Assembly: GCA_009859145.1 (NCBI GenBank)
Contig: VRVR01000003.1
Location: forward strand, 195,315-259,314
DNA from: Andalucia godoyi And28
Lineage: Eukaryota > Protista > Jakobida
DNA length: 64,000 nt
Reading direction: 5' to 3'
This document shows, piece after piece, positions 54,001 to 63,514 of the stretch. The position numbers and the translations under genes were made by a program. The notes below the pieces were generated by a model, which saw only the letters and a list, made by a program, of their open reading frames with translations, did not search any database and had not been told where the DNA came from. Each line of letters begins with the position of its first letter. Position 1 is the first letter of the stretch.

Positions 54001-56143
54001 AACCCAAGAAGTAGAAGAGACCATCGTAGCACTTGAACTTCTCCAAAAGCTCGATGAGAGACTTCGGAGTGAGTTGCGTTGCATAACGAGACGCAATCTG
54101 GGTAACGAGAGATGCATTCGCACGCATGTTCGAGCGAAGGAGTTCCTGGAGGCAGGTCAGTGCTTCTTCAGATGACAAGTTTCCAAAGAAGGTGATGACG
54201 AACTGCGGATCCATCTGCGGTGCATGGACGACAACGCGGCGGATATCATTAAGTTCCTTGTAGTTCTCAAGAGCGCGGTGGAAAAGACCGGCCTTCTCGC
54301 ACAGAGCGGCGATACGCTGCTTGTCGTACTGCGAGAACATTCCTGAGCCAAGAATGCGGTCCGCAACCTGCGGCGGCGAATACATAAGATTGGTTTCGAT
54401 CAAACGAGTCTGCAGGGCAGCCTGCGTCGGACGATCACCCTTCAGGACGTCCAACAGGAAGTCGGTAACCTGAGGAATCATCGTGCGCTGGACAAACACG
54501 TTCACAATACCATCGATGTTCAGGTTCGGGTCATTCTGAGCAGCAAGCTTTGCCAGGGCAACAGCTCCGTCCGGGTTGATTCCGATGAGTCCGAGGATGA
54601 TTTGTGGGTAGTCCGGAGTATAGTTGAACTTCTGGGAATACGCGGGAATCTTGTCCAACTGTCCCTTTTCTGCAAGGAGACCAATGACCTTGGCATGGGC
54701 GCTACCCTTGACATAGATCTTGAGGGCAAGATCCTTGTCGTATCCCCGAGTGATATCACCAAGGGCCTCGGAGCACTCGAGCTTGTTCTGGTCAAAGAGA
54801 GACTGGAGCTGGGCAACGCCACCCTTTGCCAAAAACAACTTCGCAACTTCAACCGACTCGAATGCATTCAAGTTTGACGAATCGATGAGGGTCTTGAAGT
54901 ACAGCGAGATTGCGGGCGGCTGGCCGGGCTGGGCAGGAACCTGCTGCAAACGTTCAAGGGTCTGCTGGTTTCGCAAGATGCCTCCAGGGGCGCTGATGGC
55001 CATCTGGATTGCTTCCTGGATGCGTCCCTCCTGCAGAAGTCTGCTGAACTGTCCAACGAAGACATCGTCAGCTCCCGGCAAATCGGCACGCTTAGCAAGG
55101 CGAATGGCAAGATCAAGGTTGTTCAGGGTTCCCTTGACGTACGGGACGAGGTTGTTGTCATCAACAGCAATGGTAAGAACCTGGCCAACACGGTTGATAC
55201 CGATCACACCATTGTTCGCAGTGAACGGCGCGGTCACAAAGATGGTCTCAGTGGAGATGCGGTTGGAGAAGAGGAGGGCACCGGTCTCGACGTCGAACAT
55301 GTAGAGCGTTCCAAGGCGGGAAATCATATAGATGACTCCGTGGCGATCAGACACCTGCATGGCCACGGGGAAGTCGCCAGCGGCAAAGTTGATGGAAACC
55401 ATGACCTTGTTGAACATGGGGGCACCAGCGGGTTTGTTGGTGGGCACTTCCATCACATAGAGCTTTCCACCGTCGGGCTTGTTGACTGCAATGCAAGCCA
55501 AGGTCGACGAGAAGTTGGTTCCGACGTGTTTGAAGTCCGAGAAGGCGCATGCATGTCCATCGACAACCTGAGAAACCTTCTTCTCCATGGAGTAGAGCTG
55601 GAGAACTCCCTTTGCAGAGCCGTCCTCATTGCGCCCAAGTCCAATGAGCATGCACCACTGTCCAGAGGAGTCAGTGCGGTAGTTGATAATGGACGACCCC
55701 TCGAGGGCGGGCTGGCGATCAAACACCTTCTTCGGTGCCGAGTCGCCCTCCATGGACCAATGGAAGACTGCGGTCGGAGTGACAAGCGCAAGCATCGAGA
55801 CGGAGATCCACTTCCAGAACACAACCTGTTCCTGAGTAGTATGAGACTTCATCTTGGCCTTCATCTCCAAGTTGAAAATCTGGAGAGTAGTTCCCGACTT
55901 GAGAGCAAGAACCTTGGACTGCGGATGCATAATCGCAGAGTCCGCATTAATGCGCTGGCGAATAACCTGCTGGTTGGCAGTTTCGATGATGCAGATCTGA
56001 GACGCATCGCCTTGCTGCTCGCGCACGCAGATATACTTATCGGACTCCATGGTCACGGTGTTGAAGGAGATTGCAGCAGGTGCAATTCCGAGGTTGGGAA
56101 GCTTGAAAAGCTCCTGGAACTTGATGGGAATACTTCCAGACAT
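51026..56143 (-). CDS. CHC1: Clathrin heavy chain, intronless
   Basis: PIKFQELF, TMESDKYICVRE, INADSAIMHP, DFPVAMQVS, KYCEKRDPHLA, LEKHDLLEFRRVAA, DFAMPYLVQV. Confidence 0.99.
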   Translation of the reverse strand: MSGSIPIKFQELFKLPNLGIAPAAISFNTVTMESDKYICVREQQGDASQICIIETANQQVIRQRINADSAIMHPQSKVLALKSGTTLQIFNLEMKAKMKSHTTQEQVVFWKWISVSMLALVTPTAVFHWSMEGDSAPKKVFDRQPALEGSSIINYRTDSSGQWCMLIGLGRNEDGSAKGVLQLYSMEKKVSQVVDGHACAFSDFKHVGTNFSSTLACIAVNKPDGGKLYVMEVPTNKPAGAPMFNKVMVSINFAAGDFPVAMQVSDRHGVIYMISRLGTLYMFDVETGALLFSNRISTETIFVTAPFTANNGVIGINRVGQVLTIAVDDNNLVPYVKGTLNNLDLAIRLAKRADLPGADDVFVGQFSRLLQEGRIQEAIQMAISAPGGILRNQQTLERLQQVPAQPGQPPAISLYFKTLIDSSNLNAFESVEVAKLFLAKGGVAQLQSLFDQNKLECSEALGDITRGYDKDLALKIYVKGSAHAKVIGLLAEKGQLDKIPAYSQKFNYTPDYPQIILGLIGINPDGAVALAKLAAQNDPNLNIDGIVNVFVQRTMIPQVTDFLLDVLKGDRPTQAALQTRLIETNLMYSPPQVADRILGSGMFSQYDKQRIAALCEKAGLFHRALENYKELNDIRRVVVHAPQMDPQFVITFFGNLSSEEALTCLQELLRSNMRANASLVTQIASRYATQLTPKSLIELLEKFKCYDGLFYFLGSQVPTSTDAEIHFKYIEAAFRVGNFAEVERMTRESNVYDAERTKQFLKENRMPDMWPFINVCDKYDFVEEMVQFLFQSNQLKFIDAFCITRNPLRTPAVVGALIDLDAREDYIRNLILSVGNMCPVDPLVEEVEKRNRMKLLLGWLEARLNEGSQEVSLHNALAKVYIDLNKDAAKFLESNQYYDSRVVGKYCEKRDPHLAFIAYKRGQCDYELVDVCNKNSMFRQEARYLVERQNEDLWAVVLSDENKNRRSVIDAVVQYALPESNNPEEVSNTVKAFMAADLPNELIGLLEKIVLQGNSEFKKNHNLQNLLILTAIKADQSRVMDFINRLDNYDAQSIAFVATKNELFEEAFAIYKKFSHHAEAVTVLLENMHNIDRAVEYAERVDQAEVWSLVAKAQLETPGFVSASIDSFLRADDASCYLQVIEVAQQEGAFEKLVEFLRMARKKMKDSHVDSELVYSMARANMLAELEEFVSAPNVAKIQQIGDRCFDAKFYEAAKILFTAIGNHSRLASALVKLGQFQNAVEAARKANSTRTWKEVCFACVDAEEFALARTCGLNIIIHADELEELCWHYEKRGHFEHLMALLEAGVPSDRVHMGIFTELGRLYSRYKPAKLMEFIKVNWAKSNIPRLIRACELDHHWAELRFLHSHYDEYDNAVRVMMEHPTEAFDHAIMKELITQCKNPEMPHKAVDFYLNHVPLQVNDLLMVLAHDKIDQNRVVQDVKRFGQLSLIKGFMEAVQDLNTATINEALNSLYIEEEDFAMLRQSISKFDKFDAIGLAQKLEKHDLLEFRRVAAELYKRTNRWKQSVELSKRDKLYRDAMETAAASKDTAIAEDLVSYFVDQNLTSCFVAALFTCYDLLRADVVLELAWSKKLMDFAMPYLVQVIREYTSRVDVLHKEREERLEKEKKVKEGEEEAQYAPAAANPIPALLAMQATGMLAMQPTGMLGMQPTGMAMGYGMEAAPLQFMATGAIGYGGMPGYGMGQPY

Positions 56144-56948
56144 TCTCTCTCTCTCTCTCTCTCTCTTTTCTCTTATGAACACGCACGATGCTTATTATTT
56201 TTCCCAAAGGAGACAGAGAAAGGAAGAAAAGAAAAGAAAAGAAAAGAAAAAGAAGTAGAAGGTTAAAAGAGGTTCTCGGGCTTTCACTATTTAAAAAAAC
56301 TTTTGATAGGGGAGATGAAAGTTTTTTAAAAGGAAAGATCGAAGAGCCGGATTCGAATCTCTACCGAAAGAAAAGAAAAGAAAAGAAAACTGAAACAGTG
56401 CACAAGAAGCTGACCACCGGAAGAAGAAAGAAGAAAGAAGAAAGAAGAAAAAGAAAAGAAGAAAGAAAGACGGACGGAGAAAGAAAGACGGAAACAAAGA
56501 GAGACGAGGAAGAATAATAGAGCAAAGAGAAAAGGGCAACCTGCTGGAAAAGAGTAAAGCTCGGGTGAGGAGCGGTGCAAGTAAGTCCCATGATCACGCC
56601 TTGAAGCGGATGCAGGAAACAATTGGGGGGACCAAGGATCGAGTCATCGGCTCTCTGCCAATTTGAAGTTGTTGGCACTACCCTTGGTACGTGTGTAGGG
56701 GATAAGCCCCTCGCATTACACTTTCTCCCTCTCTTTTTTGGAGATCTGCATAGCATCAATTGTTGCTACGCAGCTTACTGTAGATGGCGGGTTGCTGCAG
56801 CGCTTCTTTTCCGTGTTTTCGTTTTTGTTTGATTTCGACTTGGGTGTTGAGACCGAAAAAGGGAAAGGAAGAAGACGACGACGACGACGACGACGAAGAA
56901 GAAGAAGAAGGAGGAGGAGGAGAAGGAGAAGAAGAAGTAAAGCAACGA

Positions 56949-58934
56949 ATGGCTGTAAGGAACAAATCGGCCTCGGCTGTGCAGATCACAGCCGAGCAGA
57001 TCATTCGTGAGGCCAATGAAGGATCGAACAGGGCTTCTGCTACAAAGTCAGTGAGACGCATTGCGGATGCTGCTGAGCTTGCGGATGTGCAACAGCGGAA
57101 GCGGCGAGAATTTGAAGGCCTGGTTACGTCTGCACGTAGCAAAACAAGCATATTCCTGCGATACGCAAAATGGGAAGAAAAAGAACAGCTGGATGTTCCA
57201 AGATCTCGAGCAATCTACGAACGAGCTCTCGAGGACAACTACCGGCTTGCGCATGTTTGGCTACAATACGCGGAAATGGAGATCAGGAATGAGTATGCCA
57301 ACCATGCTCGTAATATACTCGATAGGGCGGTGACGTTGCTACCGAAAGAGGATGCACTGTGGCTCAAGTATGTGTTTGTACAGGAGGTCTTGGGCGACAT
57401 CGAAGGAACAAGAGCTGTGTTTGAGCGGTGGCTGCAGTGGCAACCGGATGACCGGGCTTGGAGCATGGCTGTCAAGTTTGAGAAGAGGCATCGGTCTTGG
57501 GATCGAGTTCGCGAGTTGTATCAACGGTGGATCGATCGGTTTCCAAAGATTGAGGTTTGGATCAAGTTTGCAAAGTTTGAAGAGAAGGTCCATGCAATCG
57601 AACGCGCGCGAGAAATTTACGAGACCGCGCTCAAGTACTTTGGAGACCAGTTCTCGACGCAGGAATTGTACATTGCGTTCGCCGAGTTCGAGGTCAGGGA
57701 AGAAGAAATGGAACGCGCCCGTGCCATCTTCCGGTACGGAATTGATCACTTGTCTCGGAGTCAGTGTGAGGAGTTGTACCGACTGTGGACTCAGTTTGAA
57801 AAGAGCTTTGGGGATCGCGAAGGCCTTGACAGTGTAATTTTCGAAAAGAAAAGGTTCGAATATGAAACGCAGGTAGCCGAGCATCCCCACGATGTTGAAG
57901 CGTGGCTGAACTATGTTCGGCTGGCAGAATCGCTCGCTCGTGATCTGGATCTTGCTCGCTCGGTGTTCCGACGGGCCACTTCCTTTATTCCGGAGTCCAA
58001 GGAAAAGCAGGATTGGAGAAGGTACATTTTTTTATGGATCCGGTGGGCGGTGTTTGAGGAACTGATTGCTCAGGACCTGGAGGCGACTCGTCACGTTTAT
58101 CGGCTGTGCTTGGACTGCATTCCCCACAAAAGGTTCACGTTTGCAAAAATCTGGATTTTCGCAGCTCAATTCGAGCTCCGGCAGATGAACCTTGGAGACG
58201 CACGGAAGCTCTTGGGCGCTGCAATTGGAAAATGTCCCAAGCAGAAGCTGTTCGAGTTTTATATCAGCCTTGAAAGAAACCTCGGCGAGTATGATCGCTG
58301 CCGCATCTTGTTTGGCAAGCACATTCAACACGATCCGACGAGTGCAGATGTTTGGATCCGATTTGCTGGCTTTGAATCCGATCTCGAGGAAGTGGAGAGG
58401 GCGCGCTCGATTTTCCGACTCGGTTGCAGCCAGGGCTCCGTAATCGAACGTGACAAGATCTTTCGCGCATTTATTGAATTTGAAATGGGCCAGAATGACG
58501 TGGACCGTGTCCGCGAATTGTATGAACTATTTATTGAAAACTTCAAAGGAATGGATGTTTGGTTGTCATTTGCTGTTTTCGAAGCAGAGTCTGGTAATGT
58601 AGAGGAAGGCCGCGCCGTGCTGCAGCGTGCGCAGGAATACTTCAAGGAATTTTCCGATCTTGTGGAGGAGCGCGTTTCTGTGTTTTCGCATTGGCTTGAT
58701 TTCGAACACGAGTACGGCTCGGAAGAGACAGTTGCCGCCATGGAGGCGCGTCTTCCCAGGCAGGAGGAATCGCAGGAAACGGTTGTTGACGACGACGGGA
58801 ACGCTGTCGGCGTGCGTGATGTTGTTCGCTGGATCTTTCCCGATGATCAGAAACCCGTGGGACCACTCAAGATCCTTGAAATGGCCCAGCGCTGGAAGCA
58901 GATGCAGATGCAGGGTCAAAGCACGTCGTCATAG
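56949..58934 (+). CDS. CLF1: Crooked-neck / Clf1 HAT-repeat splicing factor
   Basis: VRNKSASAVQITAEQIIREA, RSRAIYERAL, ARNILDRAVTLLP, DWRRYIFLWIRWA, IPHKRFTFAKIW, LKILEMAQRWK. Confidence 0.96.
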   Translation: MAVRNKSASAVQITAEQIIREANEGSNRASATKSVRRIADAAELADVQQRKRREFEGLVTSARSKTSIFLRYAKWEEKEQLDVPRSRAIYERALEDNYRLAHVWLQYAEMEIRNEYANHARNILDRAVTLLPKEDALWLKYVFVQEVLGDIEGTRAVFERWLQWQPDDRAWSMAVKFEKRHRSWDRVRELYQRWIDRFPKIEVWIKFAKFEEKVHAIERAREIYETALKYFGDQFSTQELYIAFAEFEVREEEMERARAIFRYGIDHLSRSQCEELYRLWTQFEKSFGDREGLDSVIFEKKRFEYETQVAEHPHDVEAWLNYVRLAESLARDLDLARSVFRRATSFIPESKEKQDWRRYIFLWIRWAVFEELIAQDLEATRHVYRLCLDCIPHKRFTFAKIWIFAAQFELRQMNLGDARKLLGAAIGKCPKQKLFEFYISLERNLGEYDRCRILFGKHIQHDPTSADVWIRFAGFESDLEEVERARSIFRLGCSQGSVIERDKIFRAFIEFEMGQNDVDRVRELYELFIENFKGMDVWLSFAVFEAESGNVEEGRAVLQRAQEYFKEFSDLVEERVSVFSHWLDFEHEYGSEETVAAMEARLPRQEESQETVVDDDGNAVGVRDVVRWIFPDDQKPVGPLKILEMAQRWKQMQMQGQSTSS

Positions 58935-58993
58935 GAAGAATCTATCAGTGCTGCGATTGTTCCTGTTATTTATTTATTTATTTATTTATTTAT

Positions 58994-59131
58994 GGTACTA
59001 CCCTCCAACCCAAAACGACTGGTGGACGGCTGTGATATATCGTCGGATAGTACGGCTGAAGGTGTGCAGGTCGAGACCCAATGAGAGACACTGTCGAATA
59101 TTGACAGCCGCATTCTTTTGTAATCGATGAT
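58994..59131 (+). repeat. Dispersed ~135-bp repeat, family 2, copy F
   Basis: Matches the reverse complement of 47050-47184; intergenic between convergent genes. Confidence 0.85.
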
Positions 59132-59696
59132 TCCTCCGCCGTGCCCCCCTCCGCTCTCTCTCTCTTTCTGTGTGGCGTACACCATTGCCAATCAACAATC
59201 AATGCAATATCCGCTCGATTGACAACCGAGAATGAACAAGTGGATAAAATATGCGGAATGGCAAAAGGTGAAGCTCGTTGAAACCCCTAGTTTCCCATGG
59301 TTCCCAAGCTCCGAACGATTCTAACGAATGCACTCATTGATCCATTCGAGAGCTCTGAACAGGAAAATAGGTTGTTTCTGTTTTGGGGTGCGCAGACCCA
59401 CAGATGTCCCACTCAAAAGGGGAACTCATTGGATGGGCGCTGATGCGGATTGTAAAAGTCACTTTTTACGCCAAATAAATCTGACTGAAGCGCAGCATGC
59501 GAGCCAAATGTTTGGAGAGGTTTGGATTGGAGGGTAATACTTCTTTTGATTCTCACCCCAATTTATTTTAATAAAAAACTATGCTAGATTTGCCAAAAGC
59601 GCCGAGAGCACCAGATATCGAAATGTTTGCAGACGGACAGAACAATCAGAGCAGCAACAGCAACAGCAACACGAAGAACCATTGGATGCATCCTGG

Positions 59697-60104
59697 TCAG
59701 CCTTGAGGTCTTGTCAATCCGGCAAGTGTGTGGCCGTGTTTTTCCCAGTTCAACCCGTCGAAATCAGTAATCTTGACACGGATACTTCGAAAGTCATCCA
59801 AGCACCGTGCGTTCACCGATATCCCATCTGGATTCGAACGCGGGACATACCAAGACTTGATGCCGCACGTTTTGCAGAACCAGTGCTTCGCAACACCGGT
59901 ATTGAACGTGTACAAAGTTGCATTCTCTGCCGGAGTCAGCAAATGAAACTGCGAGTTTGGAACAATCAGATGCAGGTATGCTGTCTTGTCGCAAATGCTG
60001 CAATTGCATAACACGACCTCCAATGCATCTTGCTTGTCTTGGAACGCAGGAACATCCACCTCGAATCGAACGCTTCCGCAATGACAGCCTCCACACAGCT
60101 TCAT
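59697..60104 (-). CDS. GFA / CENP-V family zinc-binding protein
   Basis: GGCHCGSVRFEV, CNCSICDK, YTFNTGVAKHWFCKTCGIKSWYVPRSNPDG. Confidence 0.93.
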   Translation of the reverse strand: MKLCGGCHCGSVRFEVDVPAFQDKQDALEVVLCNCSICDKTAYLHLIVPNSQFHLLTPAENATLYTFNTGVAKHWFCKTCGIKSWYVPRSNPDGISVNARCLDDFRSIRVKITDFDGLNWEKHGHTLAGLTRPQG

Positions 60105-60232
60105 TCTCCTTCCTCGTCTCCTGACTCCTGGCCTTTCGGGTATCGCGTACGCGGGTGTTTTTGCTTTTTCCAGCGGCCCTGCAAAGTGGTCGTTTGTCCC
60201 CTCCACCCAACCACACGAACGGCTCGAAAAAG

Positions 60233-60601
60233 CCGTTGAATAATACCACGTCATGCGTACGGAAGTACCCATACACAGACACGGTCAAATACTGGCCGAC
60301 ACTAGCACGTTTGCTTCACAGGGAATTCGTGCTTACGCACGCTCGGCCAGAATTCAACCGGTGACACAGGCTCTGCATTTTCGACACTCTTTACCGCAGC
60401 ATCCGTAGCCATCTATTCTATCATTCGTTGGTTCCACTTTATTAATTCAATTATGGGCGTGAGTGCGCTGGGATGACGCATTCGCCTACGCCTACGTCGC
60501 TCGATACAGGGCCTATCCCCTTCCCGGCAACGGGATGCAAGGATTGAATATGCATGTCTATTCGTAGATACGCATGTTCAGTGTATATTGCAGGCGAAGG
60601 C
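60233..60601 (+). mobile_element. Non-autonomous Fanzor-element copy B (ORF deleted, both ends and omega-RNA-like region kept)
   Basis: 60233-60330 matches 31075-31176; 60503-60600 matches 31177-31188 joined to 31433-31523. Confidence 0.8.
60509..60601 (+). ncRNA. Putative Fanzor omega-RNA scaffold (copy B)
   Basis: tcccg-GCAA-cggga GNRA hairpin, then stem 60543-60560 / 60565-60582 with TTCG loop. Confidence 0.6.
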
Positions 60602-60701
60602 TCCAGCAAAAAAAAACTTGAGGGTTTGTGCCGGTCGTAAAAAACCCATGTTTCCTCACTTTCCTTGTCGAAGGTGAACCTCTCCCCATGTTTCGCCAAG
60701 C

Positions 60702-62441
60702 ATGAAAAATAACCCAGCACTGGCTGACCTTTCACATCAAGCAAGTACATTACGTTACGTTGCATTGTTTATTAATAATAGTAGAAATCGCGAAGACGCT
60801 TGTGGAATGCGGGCGGACCAACAAGGACTCTTTGATGCGCGTCGCATTCCAAAGACATCGCTTGGACGGCTTGTCAGCTTCCGACTTGGAGGCGTCTTTC
60901 AGTGCATACTTACGATTCTTGTTGTGACCGTCGTTCTTTCCTCTTTTGACATTGGCGGAATCAAATGGGCCAGAATAAGAGCAGGCTCGTTCTCCCCGTG
61001 GCTTGTATGCACACATGGAGAGTGGTTTCGAATATTCACTTCTCCAGTGCTGCATTTTTCCATCCGACATGCTATGGAATCCATCCTGTCTCTCATGATC
61101 CATGGCATTCCGGTTAATTTACTGATTGGAAACCAGAGGTTTGTTGTTCTCATGACTTGCTGTGCGATTATGTGCTGCATATTTTGTGTAGTGACAACGT
61201 ATGTGTTTACGTTCTGGGCCAAGTTCGACGATGCCGCAGGTTTCTCTTCTGTGCTGTACGGCATCTGTACATTTCTGTGTTTTGTTCCATTCACATTCCG
61301 ATCAGACGAGATCGTGATTTTGAGTACCCGCAGCACGCTCTGGTATAAGTTGCATCAGCGCAGACGGTTGCTGCTGCTGTACTTTGTGGTTTCCATGATC
61401 TTTGAGGCATTGTCGTCAATCCCATATTCTTCTTCCATTCTGTCGAGCGCCGGGCACTTGGGGGGATGCTGCGGTGGACTTGTCTTTTTATTTTATTTCG
61501 CTCGTCAGGATCGGAACCGGCTGTTTGCGGTGGATGCCCTGTATGACGACACTCTCGATGCGGATGCAGGGGAAGATTTATGGCATTTGCTGCCTCCTCC
61601 GGCACGCACAAAGTATCAAAAGGCACTCGAGTGGTTTTGGAGAGAACGGAATGATGCTGGAATTCGAGAGGCGGATGTCGAACTGCAGCTCACACGAAGC
61701 TCTGTATTTCGAAGTTGGTTTGCCACTTTCCTACTGTTCGTGGTGCCGGTCTGCTGGACGTTGATGTCCGAGAAGCCGTGGTTATTCTCGAAATCGTATT
61801 GTGAGCGAACGTTATTCGATTTACAGCTTTCGGAATCCTCTCCAATTAACCTTCCAGTCCCGTCATATCTCTTGCCGTACACACAAATTGTTCCTCTTCG
61901 ACGATCTGCGGCGTCCTGGCCAATCAACTCTGTGGTATCAGATGTGTTTCAAGCCGGGAGGATCGCTCGGGACCCGTATACGGTGCGAAGCGTGGTGGTA
62001 TCGACGCCCTTTCTGCCGAATGGCGCTCCCTGTTCCTCTAAATACTCGGATTACAAGCCATTTGACCGGAATGGAGCATCACTAGTTATTCATCCTCTAG
62101 AAACGGAATGTCTGCTTCACTCGGACCATGTCCGCACCTTCTTCTGGCCGCTGGCGCTGGACGGGCTCCTGGATCAGCACACTGTAGAGCAGTCTTTTGC
62201 ACGCAACTCCACTGCAGAACGGGTCTGGGACTCGTCAAGGGTCCTTCCTTCAGGTTCAAAGTTTCTGATTCAGCAGGTTCGCGTGTATGTCTCGTGGCTT
62301 TCAGAATCAAAGGCTCTTTGGACCGTAGTCGAAGTCAACCCGCTTGTCGGACCGGAGATCACGAATGACATTTTCGCATTGGGCGATCCGTCTTTCGGTT
62401 TCTCCGCACCGCAGTCTGCGTGCTACAGCGCCCGGCGATAA
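60702..62441 (+). CDS. Rhomboid-family intramembrane protease (RHBDD1/RHBDL4-like) with a long C-terminal extension
   Basis: EWFRIFTSPVLHFS..H, AAGFSSVLYG (GxS serine) and SSAGHLGGCCGGL (His). Start could be 60702 or a later ATG. Confidence 0.8.
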   Translation: MKNNPALADLSHQASTLRYVALFINNSRNREDACGMRADQQGLFDARRIPKTSLGRLVSFRLGGVFQCILTILVVTVVLSSFDIGGIKWARIRAGSFSPWLVCTHGEWFRIFTSPVLHFSIRHAMESILSLMIHGIPVNLLIGNQRFVVLMTCCAIMCCIFCVVTTYVFTFWAKFDDAAGFSSVLYGICTFLCFVPFTFRSDEIVILSTRSTLWYKLHQRRRLLLLYFVVSMIFEALSSIPYSSSILSSAGHLGGCCGGLVFLFYFARQDRNRLFAVDALYDDTLDADAGEDLWHLLPPPARTKYQKALEWFWRERNDAGIREADVELQLTRSSVFRSWFATFLLFVVPVCWTLMSEKPWLFSKSYCERTLFDLQLSESSPINLPVPSYLLPYTQIVPLRRSAASWPINSVVSDVFQAGRIARDPYTVRSVVVSTPFLPNGAPCSSKYSDYKPFDRNGASLVIHPLETECLLHSDHVRTFFWPLALDGLLDQHTVEQSFARNSTAERVWDSSRVLPSGSKFLIQQVRVYVSWLSESKALWTVVEVNPLVGPEITNDIFALGDPSFGFSAPQSACYSARR

Positions 62442-62796
62442 ATGCCCTGTCTGCTGTCCATCCTACTGATCTTCTGATCTTTTATGTATTATCAATTATC
62501 CTTATTCTTAATTCCGCCTTCCGCCGTCTCCCCACTTTCAATATTTAGAGCCTTTGATAAAGTTGAGTATTTGCTCGTGCTGCCTGCTGCCTCCGTGCCT
62601 CGGACGTCCTGCGAGCTGCGTCCTGTTCAGCCGCTTCGCGGTCGTACACAGAACATCCTCAATGACAGTTTTTCGCACATCATCGTCGTATCAAGTCCTC
62701 CTTGTCGAAATAACTCCCTCGCAGGACTTCTTCGGGTTTTTTGTTGGATTCGCAAGCACACGCACGGACACACAAACAGCCACTGGAATAGAGAGC

Positions 62797-63420
62797 ATGT
62801 CGACTTCTTCAGACTCGGATAGCGAAGACGACCGACGGAAAGCAGCATTTGCATCCGTAATCTTTGATCCTTTCCAGTCCGTGACTTCCCACAAAGACAA
62901 GGAGCGCCAAAAACAAAGGGTTTGTTGTTTATTCATTCTGTTCATCATTGTTTATGATTGCTTTGAGAGATTCGCCTGTTCCTGACATTTCTTTATGATG
63001 ACGGTGGTGGAGATTTAGGAGTCTAATAAATTGAATGTGAATTACGCATCGGAGGGAGTCAAGTCGCACCTGTCTTCCAAACTGCATACCGCGTTGGAAG
63101 ATGCGATCGGGTTTGAGACGAAGCCGCTTGATCTAGTATTTGAAAAGCAGATAAAAGCATTGTCTGCAGATTCTCTAGGTATTCGACTAATGAGGACCTC
63201 GAAGCGCATCGTCACGGATCTCAAAGATCCAAATCAGATGCCAACCGAAGAAGATCTTGCGTTGAAAAAGGAGGAGGAACTCCGCAGGAAACGGGCCAAG
63301 ATTATGCAGGAAGAGTCAGACTCTTCGGATTCTGACAACCGCAATGACTCGGATCGAAAACAGAGGCTGTCCGCTGTGACAAATGTTGTATCGATGGAAC
63401 TCGGTGTACCAAAACGATAG
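62797..63420 (+). CDS. CUSTOS (C12orf43)-like protein, two exons (62797-62919, 63019-63420)
   Basis: ATG 62797; donor AGG|GTTTGT at 62920; acceptor TTTAG| at 63018; phase-0 join with an in-frame stop inside the intron. SDSDSED..RKAAF, KSHLSSKLHTALED, GIRLMRTS and SDSD...RLSAV resemble CUSTOS motifs from memory. Confidence 0.55.
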
Positions 63421-63514
63421 CGAAGAGTACAACAGTAGCCTCGCAGATTCAGGCTCCTGAGTTCAGGCCATCATGGCAACCAGGATGGTACATTGTGTGA
63501 CTCGGCCACATTTT

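Noticed and set aside
52640-54175. 511-aa plus-strand ORF, and similar long antisense ORFs (1781-2560, 8585-9283, 10627-11451, 27640-28605, 51572-52573)
   Set aside because: They lie antisense to conserved genes, have no motifs and are the expected shadow of codon bias.
56660-56700. ggcactaccctt resembling the 5' end of the family-2 repeat
   Set aside because: Similarity is limited to about 12 bp with nothing matching downstream.
59040-59085. tRNA gene in the family-2 repeat (gcaggtcgagaccc looks like a T-arm)
   Set aside because: No acceptor stem, D-arm or anticodon arm could be folded.
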